Assembly: GCA_965221695.1 (NCBI GenBank)
Contig: OZ244905.1
Coordinates: 96,001 to 160,000, forward strand
Length of the DNA: 64,000 bases
DNA from: Gammaproteobacteria bacterium
GTDB taxonomy: Bacteria > Pseudomonadota > Gammaproteobacteria > Eutrophobiales > Eutrophobiaceae
Direction of reading: 5' to 3'
Part shown: piece by piece, positions 37,854 to 46,750 of the stretch
Numbering within the stretch: position 1 is the first letter of the stretch
Layout of the letters: every line of letters begins with the position of its first letter
Notes under the pieces: generated by a model
The model's input: only the letters and a program-made list of their open reading frames with translations
Database searches by the model: none
What the model was told of the DNA's origin: nothing
Program-made: the position numbers and the translations under genes

Positions 37854-38366
37854 TCACTCCTCGAATAACAAGTAATCCAGTAATCTCCGAAGTTCAGGAA
37901 CTTTATTTCGCCGCTCGTCCAGGAACTGCTTCGGAAAATTCTTCTGATAATATGCCCTTGCGTTCTTTCGAGTCGGAGGTTTAATACCCACCTGCGCTTT
38001 ACAGTTGGCACTTGAACCCGGCACATTCTTCCCAAGGATTTTGAGGAACAGACCTTCGAGGCATGGAGTTGTTTTTATAATCACTATCTTTTTTGACTTT
38101 GCTCGCTTACGTGCCGTTATTGACATTTCCAGGTCGTAATCCAGCAATGTTACAACCCGGTCGTAGTCTTTATTTTGACGCTGTCTTATTGCATGATTTA
38201 CAACATTATCTGGTCCTTTACCGCTCGCATGAGTAACCTTGGCGCTCACGCCACAGCCGCGGGTAATATAGAGAGACTTTATGTATTCGAGAAATGCAGC
38301 ATCAGTTGCGCCTTCTCCAACCAACAAGATGGTATGACGTGCAGTGCGCCTTTCCCGGGATGGCAT
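37854..38366 (-). CDS. rloB: RloB family protein (TOPRIM-like; AbiLii-like)
   Basis: VGEG.TD, LLDYD and TPCLE motifs; directly downstream of an AAA ATPase. Confidence 0.75.
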   Translation of the reverse strand: MPSRERRTARHTILLVGEGATDAAFLEYIKSLYITRGCGVSAKVTHASGKGPDNVVNHAIRQRQNKDYDRVVTLLDYDLEMSITARKRAKSKKIVIIKTTPCLEGLFLKILGKNVPGSSANCKAQVGIKPPTRKNARAYYQKNFPKQFLDERRNKVPELRRLLDYLLFEE

Positions 38367-38377
38367 GTAATTGCCTG

Positions 38378-39571
38378 TCAGAAGTTGGGAACGGCGCCGT
38401 AGGCGCCGGCACGGTACTTGGCGTACAAATTATCATCCCGCCGAATACCTTTGATATCACCCAGTCGCCATGCCTCGCTGAAGCCATCAGTGTCTTTCTC
38501 GGTAAGCAGGACCTGATCCTTCTCCAATTCATTGAGAACCTCATGCGCATGACAGGTAAAGATAATTTGTGCATTGTGAGGGTTACGTTCGGGATCAATA
38601 AACAGAGCAAGCATTGCGCTAATCATGTCCGGATGTAGGTCGGCTTCCATCTCATCGATGATGACGACACCGCCATGCTCAAGCGCCGGCAAAATCTTCT
38701 TGAGCAGAAGAAAAGCAGCCTGTGTGCCACTGGATTCTAATTCCATTTGCAGTATTTGCTCTTGGTTACCGGATCGGTGAATACAGAACGGGTATTTGGT
38801 CTTGATGGTATTTCCGGTTTTTTTATCCATAGGATAAGCTGTTTCAATAATTACCTTTGCTAAACCCAGATCCAGATCGCCCAAAATTTCAGACATCTGC
38901 GAGCGCAGCGCCGGCCATTCATAAAAGAATTCTGAGGCCTCATACATTTCACTGAGTTCGAAATGGAACCGGCCGCCGTATCCTACATTGGTATAAAAGG
39001 TTTTGAAATATTTGACCAGTTCCAGCGCGCACGCAACATTGTACTGGGCTGCGGTAGAGATCAATGATGCGTTCTCGCGAACTTTTTCAGCCTCGCGCAG
39101 CGCAAATCCGAAATTCTGCTGGCGGATATCGTAAGCCGAATCAACCTCAGACCAGTCACGCCGGAAAACGAAGCTGAAGAACTTGCTTGTCTTTTGATGG
39201 AGTGATTCATGTACAACCCGCTTCGGATTGATAACCAGGGAATAGCGGTAATGTTTGCCATTAATCTCGAATTCAATCTCAAACTCGCTGTCTCTTATGT
39301 TAGAGAAAAAGTGGGGATTTACTGGATTTTCCTCCGACGGCTTGATTGAAAACGAATGGGCAATATACCAACCAAGGAAGGAAAGTGACTTCAATACTGT
39401 GGTTTTACCTGAGGCGTTGGGACCTATGACCGCAAGGATTTTCGACAGACGAGCGCCTCCCGGGCTCTCGAACATGAGGTCCGATTCCGGAACTTGGCGA
39501 TTGAGCACAAAAGAGACTTCCGTTTTCTCAGCGAACGAACAAAAGTTCTTGAATCGATAGTTATGAATCAT
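38378..39571 (-). CDS. AAA/ABC-type ATPase (RloA/AbiLi-like, abortive-infection associated)
   Basis: FKNF.SF, GPNASGKT Walker A, ESSGT signature, IIDEME Walker B, QIIFTCH, C-terminal Y..G.YGAVP. Confidence 0.85.
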   Translation of the reverse strand: MIHNYRFKNFCSFAEKTEVSFVLNRQVPESDLMFESPGGARLSKILAVIGPNASGKTTVLKSLSFLGWYIAHSFSIKPSEENPVNPHFFSNIRDSEFEIEFEINGKHYRYSLVINPKRVVHESLHQKTSKFFSFVFRRDWSEVDSAYDIRQQNFGFALREAEKVRENASLISTAAQYNVACALELVKYFKTFYTNVGYGGRFHFELSEMYEASEFFYEWPALRSQMSEILGDLDLGLAKVIIETAYPMDKKTGNTIKTKYPFCIHRSGNQEQILQMELESSGTQAAFLLLKKILPALEHGGVVIIDEMEADLHPDMISAMLALFIDPERNPHNAQIIFTCHAHEVLNELEKDQVLLTEKDTDGFSEAWRLGDIKGIRRDDNLYAKYRAGAYGAVPNF

Positions 39572-39783
39572 GATTGCACCTGCACAGAGTGCTGTAAACT
39601 ATAATTAACAATATTATGTTAATAATAGCTTTTTAATAGGATATATCAAGACTTTTATATGAATATATACCAAATTAATGGGAAGTGTGAGAGTGGTCAG
39701 CAGTTGGAACCGCAGACATATGAATGAGGACTCGCCCGCGAATTCAATTTGCCAAGTGTCGTGCTGAATAACTTCGGTACGAG

Positions 39784-39961
39784 TCCGGATATCTCATTAC
39801 CGATTTTACAACGGGGTCTGAAATAAGCACAATGCGGTTGATTATCGAGGATCGAGACGACCGTTGCGACGACCTGCACTCAAACAGGCAGTATGCGGGC
39901 CAGCCAAGCAGGCAAAATACTCGAGAACGAGACCCTCTTACAATTGTGTGAGATATCCAGG
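39784..39961. repeat. Degenerate family-2 MITE-like element
   Basis: Ends TCCGGATATCTCA...CAATTGTGTGAGATATCCAGG followed by TTAG resemble the TIRs of the 41217-41455 element. Confidence 0.5.
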
Positions 39962-39990
39962 TTAGTTGATGTTGCTGCCGAACAGGCGCC

Positions 39991-40098
39991 GGCAACCAGC
40001 CATCCCGACTCGGTCTGCCTGGCTGGGTTCCGCCCGGGATGGTCCGTCCCTGGCCGCGCATGGTCTCATTTTCGTTGCGCAAATCATTCGATTTTTAA
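39991..40098 (+). repeat. 108-bp direct repeat, copy 2 (orphan receptor 3' end)
   Basis: Duplicate of 37567-37674; its terminal TTAA directly precedes a family-1 unit. Confidence 0.95.
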
Positions 40099-40126
40099 GG
40101 AACTTCTGACTTAAATCAGAGGTTCC
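40099..40126. repeat. Family-1 hairpin A unit
   Basis: GGAACTTCTGA-cttaaa-TCAGAGGTTCC. Confidence 0.8.
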
Positions 40127-40182
40127 TTCAATGAAATATCGCACTCATTAATGCTTATTTGAGTTTGACAACTTTGTTGCTT

Positions 40183-41106
40183 TTATTCTGATCCCCTGAT
40201 CAATATCATAACTTGCTTGAATAACTCGCTGTCTCCATCCGCGAGGGACAGCGCTGTGTCGGCATGGTTTTGACCGTCCAGCAACAGGTAACGGGCATTG
40301 ACGCCTGCTGTTTTTAAGGCCTCGGTGAAGGCCATGGATGACTCCTGGTATCCTTCTTCGGAGCCGACTGCGACCAGTACGGTCGGCGTCGGGTCATTGA
40401 TCTGTAGGATGGGGCTGGCTTGCTCCCGCAGTTCTGCAGTCGGAGCATAGGCGTACACCTCGCCGGGTCTCCCTCGCGCGCGCACATCATAGGGTCCGCT
40501 AATGGGCACGATGCCTTTCAGTATCTCCTTCGGCAGACCCATCCCGGACAACCAGGCGCGGTCAACGCCGACATCGGCAGAGAGGATGGCGCCGGCTGAA
40601 TGCCCACCCACATAAATGGCTTCAGGGTCTCCGTCATAATCCCCGATGTTTTCGAATAACCATTTAACGGCGCGTTTTACGTCGTCAGGTTGATCAGGAT
40701 AGTGGGCGCCACTGCCGGTCAATCGATAACTGGCAACTGCCGTGATCACTCCTTCCTTGACAAACGGTTCGGCCACCGCGCCGTAGTGCGTTCTGTCTCC
40801 CTCGCGGAATCCGCCGCCATGCAGGAACAGAAAGACCGGGGCATTTGCTGTTTTGTCTTTGGGCAGGTAAAGATCAAGGCGTTGTTTCGGGTCGGTCCCA
40901 TAGACCAGATCCAGGTGATGAGGAAACTGTTCCCTGACCTTGGCCGTGCGCTTGTTCATGTGATGATAAAACCCGGTCCAGTCGATAGTGAATTCATCAG
41001 GGTGTGTGACCGTATAGTATTTGGACATGTCCTGCGCATTGCTTCCATTGGTCTGGAACAGTATCAGGGCAAGTATTACGATGAGTGATTGCTTTGTCTT
41101 CAGCAT
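40183..41106 (-). CDS. Exported alpha/beta hydrolase (arylformamidase/HSL-like esterase)
   Basis: HGGG oxyanion motif, GHSAG nucleophile elbow, C-terminal His; AGGAGGT RBS before ATG 41106; signal peptide. Confidence 0.88.
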   Translation of the reverse strand: MLKTKQSLIVILALILFQTNGSNAQDMSKYYTVTHPDEFTIDWTGFYHHMNKRTAKVREQFPHHLDLVYGTDPKQRLDLYLPKDKTANAPVFLFLHGGGFREGDRTHYGAVAEPFVKEGVITAVASYRLTGSGAHYPDQPDDVKRAVKWLFENIGDYDGDPEAIYVGGHSAGAILSADVGVDRAWLSGMGLPKEILKGIVPISGPYDVRARGRPGEVYAYAPTAELREQASPILQINDPTPTVLVAVGSEEGYQESSMAFTEALKTAGVNARYLLLDGQNHADTALSLADGDSELFKQVMILIRGSE

Positions 41107-41216
41107 GAAGTTTACCTCCTGCCAATATATCAACTGGGGAATCCAGATCAGGATAACCTATATTTTGTCTCCAAGCATGATAAATCGGCTAAAATCAAAC
41201 AACTTTTGAAGGCTAA

Positions 41217-41455
41217 CCCGAAAATCTCACCAATTCGCTTGTCAGCATCGGATAGATGTTTGCTGTCAATGAGTTATGCTAATCTGTCGACTATGTTGCC
41301 ATTACACACTGCGCTTGATGCGCCCTCACTGGTCTTTTTTGCGTTAGCGGGCACATGCTTCCTCAACCAGAAGAACCACTATGGTTTCGGTCGCGAGCAC
41401 CCGCTAACGCAAAAAATCCTCAGCGATCATCGCATCAATTGGTGAGATATTCGGG
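41217..41455. mobile_element. 239-bp family-2 MITE with 19-bp TIRs and a CTAA target duplication
   Basis: CTAA|CCCGAAAATCTCACCAATT...AATTGGTGAGATATTCGGG|CTAA; internal perfect 17-bp inverted repeat at 41335-41351/41400-41416. Confidence 0.85.
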
Positions 41456-41471
41456 CTAAAGATATTCAATC

Positions 41472-44400
41472 ATGTGGCAATTCTGGATTGATCGCGGCGG
41501 CACTTTCACCGATATCGTCGCTAAATCTCCTGCTGGCCGATTGGTCAGCCATAAGCTCCTTTCGGAAAACCCGGAGCGTTACCAGGATGCGGCAATCCAA
41601 GGCATTCGCGACATACTGGGCCTGACGTCGGGCGCGCCGATCCCCCAGGACAGTATCGAGCATGTCAAGATGGGGACTACCGTCGCGACCAATGCGTTGC
41701 TGGAACGCAAGGGCGACCGCACGTTGTTTGTTACCACGCGGGGATTCGGTGATGCGCTGCGCATTGGTTACCAGGACCGCCCGCGTTTGTTTGATCTGCA
41801 TATTGTGTTCCCGAGCCTGCTGTATGAGCGTGTGGTTGAAGTGGATGAACGCGTCGATGCCCGGGGCGAGACGCTGCGTCCCCTGGATGAGGATCGCGTC
41901 AGGGCCGACCTTCAAGCAGCGTATGATGCCGGAATCAGGTCGGTGGCTGTTGTCTTTATGCACGGTTATCGCTATCCCGACCACGAACTGAGAGTAGGCG
42001 CAATCTGCAGGCAAATCGGTTTTACCAGGATTTCTCTTAGCCACACAACCAGCCCCTTGGTCAAATTGGTCGCGCGCGCCGACACGACCGTCGTTGACGC
42101 TTATTTGTCGCCATTGCTGCGCCGCTACGTGGAACAGGTAGCCGGTGAACTCGGCATTCAGGAGGGTTACGGTCCGCGCCTCATGTTTATGCAGTCTAAC
42201 GGGGGTCTCACCAACGCCCACCGCTTCCAAGGCAAGGATTCCATCTTCTCCGGTCCTGCGGGCGGGGTGGTAGGCATGGTCCGCACTGCCGAGTTGAGCG
42301 GCTTGCGCAGGTTGATCGGCTTCGATATGGGCGGCACGTCTACGGATGTCAGCCATTATGACGGTGAATACGAGCGCAGTTTTGAAACACTGGTGGCCGG
42401 CGCGCGCATGCGCGCGCCGATGATGCGCATTCATACGGTGGCGGCAGGTGGCGGCTCCATTCTTCATTTTGACGGTTCCCGCTTCCGGGTAGGGCCGGAC
42501 TCCGCCGGCGCCGACCCCGGTCCGGCCTGTTATCGGCGCGGCGGGCCGCTGACTGTAACTGATTGCAATGTCATGCTGGGAAAAATCCAGCCGGACTATT
42601 TTCCTGCCATTTTCGGCGCCGGCGGCGATAAAAAACTGGATCGGGCAACGGTGGCGCGGAAGTTTTCCGTCCTGGCGCAGCAGGTGTCCGCAATGCAGCG
42701 GAAAACAGTCAGCGCGGAAGATGTGGCCCAAGGTTTCCTGCGCATTGCAGTAGAAAACATGGCCAATGCGATCAAGAAGATCTCGTTGCAACGGGGCCAT
42801 GACGTCACCGGCTACACGCTGAATTGTTTCGGCAGCGCCGCCGGCCAGCACGCCTGCGCGGTTGCAGACACATTGGGCATGGAGCGTATTTTTCTGCATC
42901 CTTTGGCTGGTGTCTTGTCCGCATACGGCATGGGTCTGGCACAGATACGGGCGCTGCATGAAGCGCAGATAGACCTTGATTTTGTCGAAGATTCAGTGGC
43001 CGATGAGATTGCCGCGCGCAGCCGGCCGTTGGCCGACTCCGCACGCGCCGCAGTACTGGAACAGGGCGTGGATGGGCATAATATCTCCATCGTTGCCAGG
43101 GTTCACATGCGTTACCAGGGTTCCGACACCAGCTTACAAATCGAAGCGGGCAGCGCCGCGCAAATGCGTTTGGACTTTGAAGCCGCGCATCGCCGGCATT
43201 TTGGTTTTATCGCACGAGAACGTGGTCTGGTCATTGAGGCGTTGTCAGTAGAGGCCATTGGCGAGACCGAATCCGGGCTCGACCCGGAGTTGGATACGCC
43301 AACGGTAACGCAAGACCCATTCGTCCAGGAACTCGTCAGGATGTACTCAGGTGGGGAATGGAAGGACATACCCCTGTGCCTGCGCGCGGACCTGCAACCC
43401 GGACAAGCATTGGCCGGACCTGCCATCATTATCGAATCTACCGGGACGATTGTCGTGGAGCAGGGTTGGCGCGGCGCGCTGAACAGCCGAGGCCATTTAC
43501 TGCTGGAGCGTGTTATGGAACGGGCTCGTAGAGAAACAGTTCAAACCCATGCCAACCCGGTCATGTTGGAGGTATTCAATAATCTTTTCATGTCCATCGC
43601 CGAACAGATGGGCGTCACTTTGCAGAACACCGCATATTCCGTCAATATCAAGGAGCGTCTGGACTTTTCCTGCGCGTTGTTCAACGCCGAGGGCAACCTG
43701 GTGGCCAATGCGCCCCACATCCCCGTTCACCTGGGTTCTATGGGTGAATCGGTGAAATCCATTATCAATGCTAACCGAGGTAGGATACGGCCTGGCAATG
43801 TATACGCCCTCAATGCCCCTTATGCGGGCGGCACGCACTTGCCGGATGTGACCGTGATCACGCCTGCTTTTGATGACAAAAATGAAAACATCCTGTTCTA
43901 CCTGGCGGCGCGAGGACACCATGCCGATATCGGCGGTCGCACCCCGGGTTCGGCGCCACCGGACAGTATCCATATTGACGAGGAGGGCGTTCTCATCGAC
44001 AACTTCCTGTTGGTGGAGAATGGCCGTTTGCGTGAACAGGAACTTCGGGAACTGCTGGGTTCGGGTCCGTATCCTTGCCGTAATATCGACCAGAATCTGG
44101 CGGACCTATCAGCACAAATCGCTGCCAATGAGACCGGTCTTAACGAACTGCGAAAAATAGTTGGACGCTATGGCGTCAATGTAGTGAATGCTTATATGCG
44201 GCATGTGCAGGACAACGCGGAACAGTCAGTGCGGCGCGTTATGGCAGTGTTGCGCGACGGTAAGTTTGAATATCCCATGGATCAGGGCTGTATGATTAAG
44301 GTCAGCATATCGGTTGATCGCGAGCGGCGTGAGGCAACCATCGACTTCTCAGGCACATCCGTACAGAACCCGACCAACTACAACGCCCCGAGCGCGGTGT

Positions 44401-45110
44401 GCAAGGCTGCGATCCTGTATGTGTTGCGGACCCTGGTCAACGATGAAATTCCGCTGAATCAAGGTTGCCTGAAGCCCGTAAAACTCATCCTGCCGGAACG
44501 CTCGATGATTACGCCGGAATATCCCGCAGCGGTGATGGCGGGAAATATCGAGGTTTCTCAGGCCATTGCCAACGCTTTATACGGCGCGCTCGGTGTGATG
44601 GCGGCGTCGCAAGGCACCATGAACAACGTTTTCTACGGCAACGACCGCTACCAGAACTATGATACCGTATGTGGCGGCGCAGGAGCGGGCCCGGATCACC
44701 CGGGCGCCGACGCAGTGCACAGTCATATGACTAACACCCGCATGACCGACCCCGAAATATTGGAATTGCGTTTTCCGATACGCGTGGATGAATTTTCCAT
44801 ACGGCAGGGTTCAGGCGGCGCCGGCAATTTTTGCGGCGGCAACGGCGTGACACGCAAGTTGCATTTCCTGGAGCCTATGACAGTCACCATGTTGAGTTCT
44901 CACCGGTTGACGCCGCCCTTCGGCTTGGCGGGCGGAAAGCCGGGCCGGTGCGGAAATAACTATGTGGCGCGGGCTGATGGTGAATATATACAGCTAAAAG
45001 GCGATGACGAGGTCGAGCTCAATGCCGGCGATGTGTTCGTCATGGAAACTCCGGGGGGCGGGGGCTATGGCAAGCGGCCGTTGGATAATATAGAATTGAG
45101 GGACCTCTGA
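41472..45110 (+). CDS. Fused hydantoinase A/B, ATP-dependent 5-oxoprolinase family
   Basis: IDRGGTFTD, GTTVATNALLERKG, SGPAGG, DMGGTSTD, SVNIKERLDFSCA, HIPVHLG, HHADIGG, TPGGGG. Confidence 0.93.
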   Translation: MWQFWIDRGGTFTDIVAKSPAGRLVSHKLLSENPERYQDAAIQGIRDILGLTSGAPIPQDSIEHVKMGTTVATNALLERKGDRTLFVTTRGFGDALRIGYQDRPRLFDLHIVFPSLLYERVVEVDERVDARGETLRPLDEDRVRADLQAAYDAGIRSVAVVFMHGYRYPDHELRVGAICRQIGFTRISLSHTTSPLVKLVARADTTVVDAYLSPLLRRYVEQVAGELGIQEGYGPRLMFMQSNGGLTNAHRFQGKDSIFSGPAGGVVGMVRTAELSGLRRLIGFDMGGTSTDVSHYDGEYERSFETLVAGARMRAPMMRIHTVAAGGGSILHFDGSRFRVGPDSAGADPGPACYRRGGPLTVTDCNVMLGKIQPDYFPAIFGAGGDKKLDRATVARKFSVLAQQVSAMQRKTVSAEDVAQGFLRIAVENMANAIKKISLQRGHDVTGYTLNCFGSAAGQHACAVADTLGMERIFLHPLAGVLSAYGMGLAQIRALHEAQIDLDFVEDSVADEIAARSRPLADSARAAVLEQGVDGHNISIVARVHMRYQGSDTSLQIEAGSAAQMRLDFEAAHRRHFGFIARERGLVIEALSVEAIGETESGLDPELDTPTVTQDPFVQELVRMYSGGEWKDIPLCLRADLQPGQALAGPAIIIESTGTIVVEQGWRGALNSRGHLLLERVMERARRETVQTHANPVMLEVFNNLFMSIAEQMGVTLQNTAYSVNIKERLDFSCALFNAEGNLVANAPHIPVHLGSMGESVKSIINANRGRIRPGNVYALNAPYAGGTHLPDVTVITPAFDDKNENILFYLAARGHHADIGGRTPGSAPPDSIHIDEEGVLIDNFLLVENGRLREQELRELLGSGPYPCRNIDQNLADLSAQIAANETGLNELRKIVGRYGVNVVNAYMRHVQDNAEQSVRRVMAVLRDGKFEYPMDQGCMIKVSISVDRERREATIDFSGTSVQNPTNYNAPSAVCKAAILYVLRTLVNDEIPLNQGCLKPVKLILPERSMITPEYPAAVMAGNIEVSQAIANALYGALGVMAASQGTMNNVFYGNDRYQNYDTVCGGAGAGPDHPGADAVHSHMTNTRMTDPEILELRFPIRVDEFSIRQGSGGAGNFCGGNGVTRKLHFLEPMTVTMLSSHRLTPPFGLAGGKPGRCGNNYVARADGEYIQLKGDDEVELNAGDVFVMETPGGGGYGKRPLDNIELRDL

Positions 45111-45126
45111 CTTAATCAGAAGTTAC
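45100..45126. repeat. Family-1 hairpin A unit overlapping the oxoprolinase stop codon
   Basis: TTGA-GGGACCTCTGA-cttaa-TCAGAAGTTAC-TTGA. Confidence 0.7.
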
Positions 45127-45142
45127 TTGAATAACTACTACC

Positions 45143-46264
45143 ATGTCTATCTATAATACGATAAAAAAAATCGATCAGACCCGGCGCGGCTTGTTGGCGG
45201 CGCTGACCGGCGGCGCCTTGACTGGCGTATCGGCGCTTGCCGCCAAACGCGCTGTTGCGGCTTCCGAGGCTGCGAAAACGCAGGACTTGCCTGCCAATGC
45301 GCTGGCAGACCTGAACAAAAAAGGAATGCAATTGATCATTACCGGCTCCGGTTCGGCGTTGCCGGACCCGCTGCGGGGTGGGGCCAGTTGCGCGGTCATC
45401 GTCGATGGCACGGTTTTGCAATTCGATTGCGGCCGCCGAGTCCTTGAGAACCTGATGCTGGTCGGGGTCAACCCGATGAAAATCGACCACATGTTCTTTA
45501 CCCACCTGCATTTCGACCATATCTCCGACTATGATTACTACGCGATTACCAACTGGATCGCCGGCAGACAGGATACGGTATATGTTTACGGCCCCGCCGG
45601 AACACAACAAATGTCGGAAGGCGCCATCCGGCACATGCACGCGATGAACGTTGATTTTATCGGAACGATTCTCAAGCATTGGCCGCCGCACATGACGGCG
45701 CGCCCACGCCAGACGCCTCCTTATGAAGTTCTGGATATCGGTCCAGGCACGGTACTGGAGACCGACCATTTCAAGGTTTCCTGCCTGGAGACAAAACACC
45801 TTCCTGATCCCTCGGTGAAAAGCCTGGGCTACCGGGTTGATTCGGATTACGGCTCCGTTGCGATCAGCGGCGATACTGCTGTTTCCGAAGGAATGAAAAC
45901 CCTGGCCAAGGACGTCGACATCCTGGTGCACGAATGCGTCAAACCGGATCTGGGCATGACGTCCGGCGGCAAGTTCAGCCTTAAAGACTTTCATAAAGAG
46001 GAGTTGATGAAGGAACGTCCCCAGACCGGCCATACCAGTCCGACACAACTGGGGCAGTTAGCCAGGGAGGTGAACGCGAAAAAACTGATTGCCTACCACC
46101 TTGCGCCCTACACCAGCGTCCCGGCGGCGATCGAGATGTCCAGTATGTATCTTGGCCCCAGCCCGGGGCGGTCGATCTGGGGAAAATTTTTACACGCGAT
46201 GAAACAACAGTACGACGGTCCGGTCATCCTAGCGGAAGACCGGATGATATTCAGCCTGGATTAG
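45143..46264 (+). CDS. Tat-exported MBL-fold metallohydrolase (RNase Z/arylsulfatase-like)
   Basis: TRRGLL twin-arginine signal, THLHFDH, SGDT, LVHE, HT. Confidence 0.85.
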   Translation: MSIYNTIKKIDQTRRGLLAALTGGALTGVSALAAKRAVAASEAAKTQDLPANALADLNKKGMQLIITGSGSALPDPLRGGASCAVIVDGTVLQFDCGRRVLENLMLVGVNPMKIDHMFFTHLHFDHISDYDYYAITNWIAGRQDTVYVYGPAGTQQMSEGAIRHMHAMNVDFIGTILKHWPPHMTARPRQTPPYEVLDIGPGTVLETDHFKVSCLETKHLPDPSVKSLGYRVDSDYGSVAISGDTAVSEGMKTLAKDVDILVHECVKPDLGMTSGGKFSLKDFHKEELMKERPQTGHTSPTQLGQLAREVNAKKLIAYHLAPYTSVPAAIEMSSMYLGPSPGRSIWGKFLHAMKQQYDGPVILAEDRMIFSLD

Positions 46265-46507
46265 TAATGTCTTGATTCTCCCAGTCATTCCCTGACTTAT
46301 TCCTTTTTGCCCTCCTTGCCGAAATAAAACCTCGGGGGTTGAACGACATATGCATACCTCCAGCGATATGGACTTGTCAGAGGTTCGCTAGATACTGATT
46401 GTCAAAATCAATCCATCACTGGACAGAGGGTGGATTCGATCCCGCTGAATCCAGTTTGCCGTCTCAAAAATCTGTCTCGTTATTCATCGTTCAGAGTTAG
46501 AAGTAAA

Positions 46508-46658
46508 GGAAACTCTGAACAAGTCCATCCTGGACTTGTCAGAGTACGGAAAACAAAAATGCGATTTTTGTTTTCCTCACAAAATCAATGCCTTACTGAC
46601 ATTGATTTTGACGATACATCCTTGTATCGTAGAAACCTCTGACTCAATCAGAGGTTCC
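46508..46658 (-). mobile_element. Full-length 151-bp family-1 MITE-like element, inverted relative to 24029-24179
   Basis: 7 substitutions versus the reverse complement of the 24-kb copy (manual alignment); flanks TAAA and TTAA. Confidence 0.85.
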
Positions 46659-46750
46659 TTAAGTTATATGTTTTCATATGGGATATGACAGGTCGTGTGG
46701 TTGTATCTATAATATGAACTTGTCAAATACGTTAATCGGATAGAACTGAT

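Noticed and set aside
39784-39961. Retron-like ncRNA (inverted-repeat-bounded segment upstream of an ATPase/TOPRIM-like pair)
   Set aside because: No reverse transcriptase in the window, and the ends resemble the TIRs of the 41.2-kb MITE.
39744-40114. Small ORFs around the duplicated receptor end
   Set aside because: They arise from the 108-bp duplication and decayed MITE sequence and have no coding hallmarks.
41466-42959. 497-aa minus-strand ORF and similar long antisense ORFs (45116-46048, 56647-57516, 32942-33766, 53138-54025)
   Set aside because: They are shadows of well-supported genes in GC-rich coding sequence and show no recognisable motifs.
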